Shown here in pieces: positions 1-12,295 of a stretch of DNA of 64,000 nucleotides. Source of the stretch: Eledone cirrhosa (taxonomy: Eukaryota). Location: assembly GCA_964016885.1 (NCBI GenBank), contig OZ024745.1, positions 77,190,001-77,254,000 on the forward strand. Reading direction: 5' to 3'. The notes below the pieces were generated by a model. It was not told the origin of the DNA, made no database searches, and saw only the letters and a program-made list of their open reading frames with translations. Every line of letters begins with the position of its first letter. Position 1 is the stretch's first letter. The position numbers were made by a program, and so were the translations under genes.

Positions 1-84
1 ATAATATATAGACCCAAGATATATTATACGAGTAAGATCTCAACACAGATGCATGCGTTTATGTTGAGAGCTTATTCATGTGTC

Positions 85-121
<37 letters not shown>

Positions 122-154
122 TACATACATTATATATATATATGTGTGTGTGTA

Positions 155-187
<33 letters not shown>

Positions 188-1279
188 TCAAGCAATGGCG
201 TCACTTACATTATATGTATACTGATAAGTAACCGTTATTTCCGTTTATTTAATCAGGATTTAAACTATATATGAGAAAAAGAAGTATTTTTTACTCTTAA
301 ATTATGTATGCTTAAGCACGAACATATAAATTCGCATAATGCAATTAATGACAGTATTAATAAAGACACAAAAACAAGTATCCCGTAATTGAAAAGCATT
401 TCAGAAAAAAAAAATTGTTTTAATTTTAATATTCGATGTTTGGTTAAGTCATTCTTAGATATGTTGTTATTTATCGTCGAAGTCACGAATGAAAATTGTC
501 AAATGAAAATTGTCAGAGCTGCTGAAGTTTGATGCGGATTAATTGATATTCACTATGCTGTTGAAATCTTTAATGAAACTAGTGGCTATACTGCTCGTCC
601 TTTATCAGGACAACTAACAAAATCTATTGAAAAGATGTTCACATGCAGTATAACTCATAATTTAAATATATATATGCCATGTAGTTAATTCACGCATAGT
701 AAATAAGAATATATGATTGAGTCAAATTGAAAATAGCTTTAATTCATTTGAAAGTAATATTGAACAAAATGTTTTCTTTTTACTTGAAATTTTCCTTCTT
801 TTCCTTATTAGTTGAAGAGGGAAAGGAAGTGAACCTGGGCCTTTTTATTGCCTTCAAGATTCATGAGAAAGGGGAAGGAAGGGAGAGAGATATCCTCAAA
901 CCAGAGATCTGGTCCGAATGTTTGTAGAAGAGTGGGCTCCACAAAAGCTACCCAAATGCTAGGCAATGGTGTTAAATGAGGTGGTAGATTAGAAGTAAGC
1001 TTCAGCGTGATTTAAGTAAGAATGTAAATTGCTGAAACAAATACCGTTACGCATCTTATGCACTTCCCAAACAATTTGATTAATCCACCACCCTGTTCTG
1101 CTACATTGACATGAAACGGTACAAAGGAAATTGACGGGATTTGAGCGCAGAGAGCCGGAACAAATATATTGTCTTGTCCGTTAACGACTGTCAATTTCAC
1201 ACCTACTCCTGTCATTTAAAAACGGGCAGAAACCAGTGAAGCCTGATGCAACCCACATGTATTGGGAAATGTCGATAAT

Positions 1280-1650
1280 ACACACATATGTATTTGAAAT
1301 TTTGCTATTTTCTTTCGATCATTAAAGCCTAATTATTTTTCACGGGAAGAGACATTTGGAAATGATGCAATGAAGCATTAAAAGATGAAAGACCACTTTA
1401 AGATGATGCATTCAGATTAGTAAAACAAATTTTTCAACTGTTTTATGGCACTGAATGAAAGGTCTGTAAAATGTTGAAACTTGGTGTCTTTTCTTAAGTC
1501 CTTATCTCATATTTAAGGGAGAAATGAAGACCTTTTATCCATTAATTTAACAAAAAACGAAATGCCACATATATATGGAGAAAATGTTATGACGAAATTT
1601 AGACCTATACAATAAAATAGGTATTTATGAAAATTGCAGATGCTAAAAAG
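1280..1650 (+). pseudogene. Highly decayed hAT (Buster/Charlie-like) transposase N-terminal fragment
   Basis: Broken frames read ETFGNDAMK..KMKDHFKMMHS and MPHIYGENV, resembling the BED finger and PH..GE region of Buster-type transposases. Confidence 0.3.
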
Positions 1651-1857
1651 ACGATTACTTCAGAAAATCAATAGTATAAGTTTTCTGTCCAGTTGAATTG
1701 ATCAACATTTAGAGATTTTAATCGTCCCAATGTCTTTTTAAATAACAAGCCACTACCAACCCCTCAAATAGATATACTACAGATGAAATCTATCACATAA
1801 ATAGTCATCGCATGATTTAAACTAAGAAGGCGAAGAAACGGTATTCTTCGGTAAGAG

Positions 1858-2075
1858 ATAATTGTTGCTACTTTATACAAAGCCAGCAATTTGAAAAGAA
1901 GTGGAAAGTCGATTAAATCGACCTCAATGCGTTACTGGTATATTAACTTATCGACCCCGGAAGGATGAAAAGCAAAGCTAACCTCGGTGGGATTTGAACT
2001 CAGAATGTAAAGGGAAATAACTCTCTGCCGCAAAGCATATTGTTCGATACCGATACTGCCAATCCAGCACCCTTC
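1858..2075 (-). mobile_element. tRNA-derived SINE, family A (long form)
   Basis: Minus strand has a tRNA-like head (ggattggcagtatcggt...gagttcaaatccc), the central ttgcttttcatccttccggggtcgataa block and an attat tail. Confidence 0.8.
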
Positions 2076-2156
2076 GGGTAGAAATGATAATAATGCAATT
2101 TTATACCAACGAAAATGGGTTTATGGGAGTGGACACACACACGCATATATATATAT

Positions 2157-2205
<49 letters not shown>

Positions 2206-2250
2206 CATGAGTTGATATCATACATATATATGTGTATATATATATATATA

Positions 2251-2450
2251 TGAAAGACGTAAAATAAGAAAATCAAAAATCAACTTTAAGTAAGTTGATT
2301 TTTAATTTTTAAAATTTTCTTATTTTACGTCTTTCATATAATTGTTCTGCATCCTCCTGCATTGAACCACCTAGGTACTATGACATAACTTATGTATTTG
2401 CTAGCATTAGTGTACATCTGTACGCATATGTTGGTAAATATGCCAATTCC
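2251..2450. mobile_element. Small fold-back element in (TA)n, Penelope-like remnant
   Basis: tgaaagacgtaaaataagaaaat...attttcttattttacgtctttca hairpin followed by a unique tail. Confidence 0.5.
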
Positions 2451-2493
2451 CTCTCTCTCTATATATATATCGCATGAGTTGATATCATACATA

Positions 2494-2544
<51 letters not shown>

Positions 2545-2548
<4 letters not shown>

Positions 2549-2882
2549 AAAAAAGATGAAATCGAAAATACAACTGGAGTCTTTTTTTTTTTAAATATAT
2601 ATTTATTTGGTTCCTTTACCGGTTTCGCAGTTCTTCTGCTTTTCAAAAGTAGAATTGAGATGGAGGGTGTGTGGTTTTTCTCACATCTGAGAAAAAAAAA
2701 ACCCTCCATCTCAATTCTACTTTTGAAAAGCAGAAGAACTGCGAAACCGGTAAAGGAACCAAATAAATATATATATATATTTTTAAAAGACTCCAGTTGT
2801 ATTTTCGATTTCATCTTTTTTCCTTGTACTTTCACTCGTGTAGGACATCTCGATTTTTTTTCATTTTGTAAAAAAACCTCAC

Positions 2883-2888
<6 letters not shown>
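2545..2888 (+). mobile_element. Fold-back Penelope-like remnant carrying a hammerhead motif
   Basis: Inverted arms about 2545-2668 and 2701-2825 plus a tail of about 60 bp; (TA)n on both sides. Confidence 0.7.
2715..2758 (+). ncRNA. Minimal type I hammerhead ribozyme candidate, U3-A8 core variant
   Basis: ctt-TTGAAAA-gcag(aagaa)ctgc-GAAA-ccgg-TA-aag: stem I, stem II, palindromic stem III and a GUA cleavage triplet. Confidence 0.65.
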
Positions 2889-2969
<81 letters not shown>

Positions 2970-3068
2970 ATAGCAAACCATGTCACTCTTCTTTATATAT
3001 ATATATATATACATACATATATAAGCCGTCGAAACGGCTTGAGCTCTGCCGTCGGGGTTGAACATTTT

Positions 3069-3121
<53 letters not shown>

Positions 3122-3325
3122 TGTTATACTTTGGGAACACACGCACCAGTTGCTTTCACTTCAATTTATTATATATTTATAAATTTACAAATTTATAAAT
3201 CTATAAATTTCTGGTTGGTTGGTTGGTTCCACAACCAGATAGTTGTTTATATATAGTCATAGTCCTTTCGTCACACACTCTGTGACCTCTTCAGTGACTG
3301 GGGATTCCTTTCTTTGTTTCTGTGC

Positions 3326-3589
3326 ATAGGTGAGACAGCTCGTAGTATAGGGGAACGGATAAATGAACACTGGCGAGACCTTCAAGATAATAAAGAATCA
3401 TCTGTACTCTACCAACATGCTAAGATAGAACACAAGGGTAAATTAGAGAACTTAGAAATAAAAATAGAATCTACACACAGAAAAGATGCAATGTTTAGAC
3501 AAATTACAGAGGCAATAAACATAAAAGAATTACAACCAAAATTAAATAGAAAATATGAGTGGAACAGCAACATCACAACTTACAATTAA
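3326..3589 (+). pseudogene. Penelope-type GIY-YIG endonuclease, C-terminal fragment
   Basis: IGETARSIGERINEH...SSVLYQHAKIEH...RQITEAINIKELQPKLNRKYEW matches the YIG-T-R...R..EH and R.I.EA..I....P.LN pattern. Confidence 0.88.
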
Positions 3590-3801
3590 GGACAAAATGA
3601 AAACACACACACACATAGAACAAACAACCAACCAATAACATGTAAATAAATAAATAAATAAACAAATAGATAAATGAACATAAACACACACAGACACCCG
3701 GATGTGGCGCATGCGCAAACTGAGCACACAACACACACACAGAAACAAAATGGCGTAGGACAGAACAAAGGAGAGGCACAGAAACAAAGAAAGGAATCCC
3801 C

Positions 3802-3846
3802 AGTCACTGAAGAGGTCACAGAGTGTGTGACGAAAGGACTATGACT
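3802..3846 (+). ncRNA. Minimal type I hammerhead ribozyme candidate in the pseudo-LTR (antisense copy in the left arm)
   Basis: agtca-CTGAAGA-g-gtcaca(gagtg)tgtgac-GAAA-ggac-TA-tgact. Confidence 0.75.
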
Positions 3847-4073
3847 ATATATAAACAACTATCTGGTTGTGGAACCAACCAACCAACCAGAAATTTATAG
3901 ATTTATAAATTTGTAAATTTATAAATATATAATAAATTGAAGTGAAAGCAACTGGTGCGTGTGTTTCTTATTGGCAACATGACCCTCCCAAAGTATAACA
4001 ATATCGGTTTCAACACACGATTTCAGATAAAGAATCTTGCTAAACAAATTCAGAAACGAAATATATATATATA

Positions 4074-4104
<31 letters not shown>

Positions 4105-4109
<5 letters not shown>

Positions 4110-4360
4110 GAAATTAGAAATTATAAGCTTTCACCGTATTTTAGACTAAAGAAATTTCTAGCCTGATAGTGGGGTTTATAACCCTCGGAGAAATGGAAAA
4201 AGATGAGTGTTGCCGTACATGTTATAAACCCCACTATCAGGCTAGAAATTTCTTTAGTCTAAAATACGGTGAAAGCTTATAATTTCTAATTTCTAATTTT
4301 CAAACTCGCGCACCGTTTCAAAAACATACTTACATGTTTACATTTATAATTTGCTTGTAT
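4105..4360. mobile_element. Fold-back element in (TA)n
   Basis: Perfect inverted arms of about 77 bp (about 4105-4182 and 4221-4298), a short spacer and a tail of about 60 bp. Confidence 0.6.
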
Positions 4361-4467
4361 ATATATATATACTTATATTTATATATATATATATATATAA
4401 CAAAGGTTTAGCAAATAAGAAAAAGTTTTAAAATAAATTTTAAAAATTCACTGTACCTGCTGTGGTT

Positions 4468-4553
4468 ACCTTTACCGTACGGTTTCGAGTCTCAAAAATA
4501 AATGGATAGTCCTTACGGGCCTCCATTGAAAAGAAAAACTCTTGTCAGAAGGT
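4468..4553 (-). ncRNA. Type I hammerhead candidate with extended stem II, inside a Penelope-like remnant (about 4399-4711)
   Basis: Minus strand: acctt-CTGACAA-gagt...actc-GAAA-ccgtacgg-TA-aaggt. The G8A change fits CpG decay of CTGACGA. A related partial copy lies at 25824-25975. Confidence 0.6.
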
Positions 4554-4711
4554 TCTTTTCACTCGGAGAATATAAAATTCCCGAATTCGAATTACGAACT
4601 GGCGCTATTCAAAATTGTTCCCGATATGAGAATGAATGATGTGGAAGCAATTCTGTCCAGTGCCGTGTGCAAAGATAGAAGGCAGAGGCGGAGAGGTCAA
4701 TCTACTACCAC

Positions 4712-4756
<45 letters not shown>

Positions 4757-4924
4757 TTGAGATAAGTAAGTCGGTATATATGTTTATATATGGTTTTCAA
4801 AATAATAAACAAGATTTGTTATAAAGAATATGCTCGGTACTGTATAATAGAGAATATAATATAATATGAAGACCAAATGTTTATTTGTATGCATATTCAG
4901 ATGTATACATGTGCGCACGTTGTA

Positions 4925-6164
4925 TTAGGTTGGTGCAAAACTAATTGTCGTTTTAGCTATCAACTTTAAAACAATGTAGCTCAGCTCAGGATAATTTTCA
5001 TTAATCGAAATAATAACCGTTTACAATGTATAATTTTTTTCCATTAGGAAAGAAGTCGGTTTATTCTGTTAGCATTGTTGTCTGAAAAGCTGGAACCAAT
5101 AAATTCTTTTTAGATTTTGAGTTGCTGCTCTTCTTATTGAAAACATCGGTGTATTTGAAAATATGGTAGTCGGTCGGATAAGTCTCTGTAAGTTGATTGA
5201 GGTAGAATTTCGTATCCCAGTTCGCCTTATTTTTCAGTAATATTCGAGACACGAGGACGGGCATTGTCTTGATGAAGACATCCTTTTCAATTGACTAATG
5301 CTGGATATAAACATTAGACTTCTTGTTGCAATGCATCTTTCATAGAATTATTTTCTCAGAATTCAAGAAAAAGTTGTGTATGATCCTACATGCCAACTAT
5401 CAAAGAGTGACAATAAATTTCTTTTGATCCAGCTTCGGTTTTATAAACTGTTTGGGTGGTTCACCTAAATCCAGTCAAATGACATATTCATTTTCGTCAC
5501 ATATCACAATGTATTCATGAGAAATCGTTTTTGTTACGCAAAAGTAATGCGGATCAAACTTCGTAACGGCGATTTGTTTAAATAGATTCATTCAGCTTGT
5601 GCTTCATTCATTTGATGGGCTTAAAATCCTAGCGAGTTGTTTTGCGTGAGACAGTAATAGCTCTCAGTTGTTTGATGTCAATCGCAGAAGGTTGTCTGTA
5701 GACTTCCTCATCTTCAAGGCTCTCGCATTTACTAAGAACTTTTTAAAACCGTTGTTGAGACGTATGTTCGTTAGTTACTCCCTCGTCAAATGCTTGGTTG
5801 ATACTGCGAGAAGTTTCCACTGCTTTGCGAAATTTTTGGAACCACTTTTGAGCTGTACGTTTGTTGACTGTTCTCTGCTTAAATGGTTGATTGATATAGC
5901 GAACAGTTTTCACTGCTATCCCTTCCATTTTGGAGTTCATACAATAAAATCTCTCGAATTTGCTTTTCCCTATCGTTAATTTCAGCCTCAAGTAAACAAG
6001 AACAACCAATAAAAGCAATACTATTAGCATAAATCAATATAACAAAATCTGTGCAACAAAATGGCATGTTTTTAAATGAACTTAGTTAAATATGTTTGTT
6101 CAAAAATAAGCAACACAATTTTAAATAACAAGTCCCCCACCTAATTATTTTTGCATTAACCTAA
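4925..6164 (-). mobile_element. Decayed mariner DNA transposon
   Basis: TA-ttaggttggtgcaaaa...ttttgcattaacctaa-TA termini, about 1.24 kb. Minus-strand fragments REKQIREILLYE, TAQKWFQKF (HTH) and PTDYHIF (YSPDL region). Confidence 0.85.
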
Positions 6165-7192
6165 TACATAAACGCACGCATGTAAAATTCACTATGTATA
6201 GTGGTACAACCACTCGTTTACATTCGTGTCACTTTTGCATTATCAAGATCTTGAGAAAGTTCTTAACAGCAGCAATGATGACGTAAAACCATTCCTAGCT
6301 GTATAAGTTATTCCAATCCTCCTCCACAATACATTTGCTAAAAAAGACAAGAAATAAACCAAAACAAATAAACTTGTGAAAAGACACCACAAATTGAAGC
6401 TCTATTTCCTTGAGTAAACAAGAAATATTGCCACCTATATCTAGACGACTTTTAGATTAACTTAGCAGAATTCTGTAGAAATCACAAAGAGCACGAATGC
6501 ACTTCACTAACTGCATTGCAGCAAGCTGGCCTTCGAAGGACCCAGGTATTCTTTGCTAGATCTAGTATGTGGTGATCTCTCTTGTCGACGTTCTTAATAA
6601 ATGTTCCTGATAAATGTCTCTACAACTCTTCAAACATTCTACATTAAGTAGGTTTATAATATGTATAAAACAATATCCAGCAATACGCGAATTTACCAAC
6701 TAAAGTCATATAAAAACCACCACTGAGAAGGACAGAAATACCGATACTAAATGCAAAAAAGTAGTGCTTCAGCATAGCTACAACTCACAAAGGTCCAAAT
6801 CAACAACAGTATTCAAGATATAAGGATCTACCGTTGAACAAAACGAAAAAAGTAAATTCCAAACTAAAATTATAATATTTATCTGTTTGTTGGAATGTCC
6901 AAGTACAGTCTACTGCTTTCCATGAGATGGCAAAGAGCAATGACTATTATATTTATAAATGACAGAATGTTGGCATCTGACACTCTAGCCAGGTGACTTG
7001 GACGGAAGATTAATCTTTTTGAAATACTGAACATATCGGTTAATAACTCGATATCGCTTTTGCGTTATATAGCGAATATACATAGATGTATCAGCGTGTA
7101 CCATTTATATGTATGTGAATAATTTAATCCATGTGTTTTTAAGTGTATGTGTCCTAGTATAGCCCCATTTCTAAGACTGAAAACCGTCTCAC

Positions 7193-7237
<45 letters not shown>

Positions 7238-7240
<3 letters not shown>

Positions 7241-7735
7241 GAGAGACGGTATCAATTATTCCACTTCATTTTATTCCAGTACATCATTCCGTTATGCAAA
7301 TTTCGAAGGTACAGAAAGATCGTTATTCAACGATTATTCAATACGTTTTCGTCAGACAGGAAGATCTGATCTGATGTTAAAAAAAAAAAGTTTTCTTTTG
7401 ATGATATACTGCCGCTGAAGATGTGTTTACATCTCGGCGTTCGCACGGTAGGCATATCAACTAAAGCAAACTTGATTTATATATACATTTGATCTTCCTG
7501 TCTGACGCAAACGTAATAATCGTTGAATAACGACCTTTCTATACCAACGAGATGTACATAACGAGATGATGAACTGGAATAGAATGAAGTGGAATATGTG
7601 ATAACGTCTCTCTTCTGTTTCTTAATATTGATACCATATACGTAATATCGTGTGGCGCCCATGACGTCAGGTGCTTCTGCCTGATTACAACATTATTGGT
7701 CGATTGATTGGATCAGCCAATACTAATTATCATAA
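7238..7735. mobile_element. Older fold-back element in (TA)n, Penelope-like remnant
   Basis: Diverged inverted arms about 7238-7366 and 7491-7615, a spacer and a tail. Confidence 0.55.
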
Positions 7736-8129
7736 TATATATATATATAACATGTGAATTCCACAACTGAAGGATTGTTATTTCGACCTAGATTGGACTT
7801 TTTTAGCTTTGGTGCAGTCTTAACTACAGATGCTCATTTAATCAGTCTAAGTAAATATCCTGACTATATTAATCCTCTAGAGGGTGGAGATTTAGCAGTT
7901 AGTACAGAAGGAAAATTGTCTCACACACCATAGAATATTTGAGTTTATTTTATATATGAATAGATTGCATTACGTTTGTATACACAATTCTTCAAATTCA
8001 GTTCAACACTTTCACCGCATTATCCGGTAATTCATTTTTATCTGTAATGTTGTTGAGAGAGACATAAACGTTACAACTTATTTTCTTTCATCAAGTTTAT
8101 AGTCTTATTAGTATTATTATTTAACGCAA

Positions 8130-8545
8130 GGGCAGTGGATTGGCAGTATCGGTAGAGAGTCGGACACCCTGCTTTGTAGCATAGAGTTACGTCCCTTTAC
8201 AGTCTGAGTTCAAATCCCGCCGAGGTTAACTTTGCCTTTCATCCTTACGGGAGGGGGTCGATAAAATAAAGTACCTGTGGGATAATTGCTGACCTTGTGC
8301 CAAAAGTAGAAACAATTATTATTTTAAGCGGTGTATTCGCTGAATCGTTAAAACATGGGACAACATGCTTTGCAGCGTTTAGTTATGGTCGTGTTTGTTC
8401 TGAGTTAAAATCCCACCGAGGTCAACTTTGCCTTTCATCCTTCCGAGGTCGATAAAATAAAGTACCAGCTAAGTACTGGGTCGATGTAATCGACTTCCCT
8501 TCATCCAAAATTGCTGGCCTTGTGTCTAAATTATAAATCTTTATT
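8130..8545 (+). mobile_element. Two tandem family A SINEs
   Basis: Two head-to-tail copies of the ggcggtggattggcag...ttgcctttcatcctt...ataaagtacc...aaacaattatt unit. Confidence 0.85.
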
Positions 8546-9535
8546 TAACGGAAGAAATAAATATTTTATTAGCAACTGTATCTATTTAAGTTTGGACATA
8601 ACAGATTTTATTTGTCATTGAGACATTCGTAAAGTCAGCTTGCACAAATTTCTAAGAATACAGGTCATCGATATTATTTCAGTTTATAGATCTATGCTGA
8701 TGGTGCTGCTGTACTCCGTCTCTGAATGCATGAGTCGATGTCTCATCGGGCGGTAAAGTAAGTCTACAGGTTTTTCAGCCCCTTTCACCGCGGCACCAGA
8801 GCTACTCAAGGCTACCTACTGATGGAGGCGACGAATCTCCTGCATAACAGCATAATCTTAGGTGAATCTGTGTACAAATAAACACATACCGTTTAAATAT
8901 TCAAAGCAATTTTTTTCTAGAATCTTATTAAATTTTAAATCGTAATATGTTGACACCCTGCTTTGGATTTAACTTATTTAATCAGTAATTTATATCCATG
9001 TGTAGTGGGGCTAACAACTTGCACAGAGATAATCGGAGGAATAGAGACTGGTTTTACTTGAGAACCAAACTCCCACTGTCACTGCTTCCGTCTCTCACGC
9101 TCTCCTCATCTCTCACTATTGTGAGCAAATGGAACCCCATGCACTGGCTGCCCTGCAGCCGCGGCGGACCGGTCGCCCCGTCTTGTCAAGTATTTTGTTC
9201 CTAAAGATATATTTAAAAGGTATAGATCATTGTATTTAAATATGCACAGAAACAGCAATCGCTAACATTTGTGATTCTGGAATATACGCTCTACATGACT
9301 AAAGAGGATAGTAGTATGCGGTAGCTTCATAGCACACCATTATCATTTAGTGGTCACTCATTCAAGGGTCGTGTGGTCAATACCGACCGAAATATGTATG
9401 TATACCTTCACTATTATTCAAATGAGAAATGGATGTTCATGAATGCTCCATCATGGCTATATGAGTACGTTCATAAAGTGTTGTATTGATGTCTATGTAT
9501 TTATAGCACTTATAACATAGGTAACATAGGTACAT

Positions 9536-10037
9536 AATAATAATAATTTCTTTATTTCATAATGATAATGAAAATTATTGAGTCCACTGCTCATGTGCAC
9601 TGCAACTTATCAAAGGTGCATGTATAGTACATAGAATAATGTACAAATGTCAGCAAAGTAAATAGTGTATGAGTCATGATATACACACAGATACACGCGT
9701 GCGTATTTATGGAGGAGGAATATCAGATGTAGTGTTGGCGAATTTCGGGATGCATGGAACTTTTGAAGGACGCAGTGTCCCGACAGCTAACAACAGATGC
9801 AAGTAGTTTATTCCATGCTTCAACAACTCTGAGCGTAAAAAAATGTTTCCGAAAGTCATGGTAGCTGTGCTGTTTTCTGATTTTGTAAGCATGTCCACGG
9901 TTGTTAGACACATGGAGTTCAAAAAGATGCCCAGGGTTGTTGTTGGAAAGATGGTTAATAATTTTGATCGTAGCATAACCATCAAAGTTTTCCTCGTCAG
10001 GTAGTGTATTGAGGATCAGACATATAGAGTTCATCAC
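9536..10037 (-). mobile_element. 3' end of a CR1/Jockey-group LINE
   Basis: ORF2 C-terminus NRGHAYKIRK...RKHFFTLRVVEAWNKL...SFK, then a 3' UTR ending aataaagaaattattatt. Confidence 0.8.
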
Positions 10038-10455
10038 TTTTACGGGCTATTAACAAGTAACTACTATCAAAGGAGATTGAAAGTACAAAAAGCAAGTGAA
10101 GTGAAATCTGGAGAATCAAATGTATATCACCACTCCGACTCAACGGAAGCTACAATGATCTAACGTTACTCGCCTGATATAACATAATGCTGTAGTAATT
10201 TTATGCAAATGTTTGTTTTCATCAGTTATGCAAATGGCGTATCTGAATTATTTAATATCTGAACTATTTCATTTCCCTATGCCAAAGAAAGGTCAAACAT
10301 TTTGTATATTTATTTAACAATCCCCTGAACTCTATTTCGGTAGATAAGATGAAGGACACCTTGCTGGGGTGAGGATAAAACCGAAACATATTCGAAGTTG
10401 CTCCCCGTAGATGCTGTATAAATATGGAAATGATATTAGTTATTGACTGATCTCG

Positions 10456-10493
<38 letters not shown>

Positions 10494-10949
10494 GTGTGTG
10501 TGTGTGTTCTTGTCTGCGTGCATGTGTATGTGTTTGGTTGTTGTTTTTTTGTTTATTTTTCACCCTATATTTATTTCTAGTTATCTTATTGCTCCATATA
10601 TGAAATATAGTAACAGTAACTTATGTGTATTATAATAAGTATGTCAACAATGACTACATGTTGATCACCTATATAATTGCCATTACTAAATCACCCTACC
10701 GCCATCACTACTTCAAAAAATAAATACATAAATAAAGCTGTATATAGGTTCTGGGCTAATCTTCTCAGAACAGTGCTAAAAATACAGTTTAATAGAAAAA
10801 GAAGAAAAAAAAGGAAATTTAGATTGAGAAGAAAGGAATGTAAAATAGCACAATATAGAGAAAAAACAGAGAAAAAGAAAGAAGAAAAATCGGGAAGGGG
10901 GGGGGGGGGGGATAGCAAAAACTCTAGTGTCACAAAAGAATGAGGAGGG

Positions 10950-11175
10950 GCAGGGGAGAGGATGAATGGGCTCTGGGATAAGGGGGCGACGATAATGGGG
11001 CTGCGTCTCACGGACAAACCGCAAAAGCTTTCCCGCGGATAATGGCCAGCGACACCCGCTGCAACAGCCACCCCACCTCGCAGAGCTCCTTCCTCAGACG
11101 GGCCGCCGCCGACGTTCCGATCTTGTGGAGGAGAAAATTATTCCGAGCCACAGACGTAAAGCTTGAAGAGGTCAT
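10950..11175 (-). mobile_element. CRE-like non-LTR retrotransposon, 3' end (restriction-like endonuclease)
   Basis: FLLHKIGTSAAARLRKELCEVGWLLQRVSLAIIRGKAFAV resembles the QR.S.AI.RGNA C-terminal motif. Confidence 0.65.
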
Positions 11176-11399
11176 TAATATGTGGAATAAGCAATATTTA
11201 CAAGATTTCCTTTCTGCCACATGTACACAACAACTTCGGGAAAACAACAAGTCTCTTCAATTCAATTCCATCGGGTTTTGCGTACGCGTGCAAGCATACA
11301 TATATATGCGTTCACACACATGTGAATATGCGTGTGTGCATATGAGTGTGTATGCGCACTTGAATGTGTGTGTGTGCGTATTTGTATATATGTGCGTAC

Positions 11400-11431
<32 letters not shown>

Positions 11432-12295
11432 ACTTATGAGTGTGCGCACTTCTGTGTTTGTTGTCTAAGGGCGTGTGTACATATTCATGTATTTGTATGT
11501 GTGTGTGTATTTGTACATACATGTGTGTGTGTGTACGCGATTATGTGTATGCATATACGTCTGTGCACTTGAGTATGTGTGTATATATCTGTATTTGTTT
11601 TCTCTGTGTAATTATGCGTATTATATGTGTGTTACGCATGCATATGTGTATGTGTGTATTCATGTGCATATGTGTATGCATATATGCATGTGCACTTGCG
11701 TATTTGTTGTCTGAGTGTATGTTTTATACACATGTACATGCATGCTTGTATGGACGTGTTTGCAAGCATATATATGTGTCTGTGTGTGTGTATGCATATG
11801 TGCAAGTGTATGCATATGTGTGTGCATATGTGTACGCGTGCACTAGTGTGTTTTTTTATCTTAGTGTGTGCCTGTTCATATGTATATATGCACATATTTG
11901 TGAATGCATTTTTATTTACATGTATGTGTGTACGTTTGTTTGTTATCTGTCTGAATGTGTGTGTGTTTATGTGTATATATACACATATATATGCATGTAT
12001 GTTTGTGTGTGTGTTTGCGCGTGTATGTATATGTGTGTATTAGTGTATATATTAGAGTAGGTGTGTGAGTACCTGTGTGAGTGTTTTTATATATATAATT
12101 ATATGAGTGTGTCTCTTTATATCAATATAGGTGTACGTGCGTCTCTGATTTCTAGGCTGCCGTTCTTTCACATGACGTGAATTATTTATTTGCTGTTAGT
12201 AAATTAGTGATGGGAGAAATTTATAGTAATTTCATTATTATTGATATAGCCTTTCATTTGAAAATACGATTGATTTATAATTACAAAATGTGACA

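Larger units (their letters stand above)
3121..4062 (+). mobile_element. 5'-truncated Penelope-like retroelement with inverted pseudo-LTRs
   Basis: Inverted arms about 3121-3325 and 3776-4002 enclose a GIY-YIG C-terminal ORF; tail of about 60 bp; inserted in (TA)n. Confidence 0.88.

Noticed and set aside
8130-8230. tRNA genes at SINE heads (gagttcaaatccc B-box)
   Set aside because: No complete cloverleaf; always fused to the same SINE body and tail.
8690-9210. GC-richer patches and a 68-aa ORF
   Set aside because: No recognisable motif, termini or splice context; probably unidentified repeat fragments.
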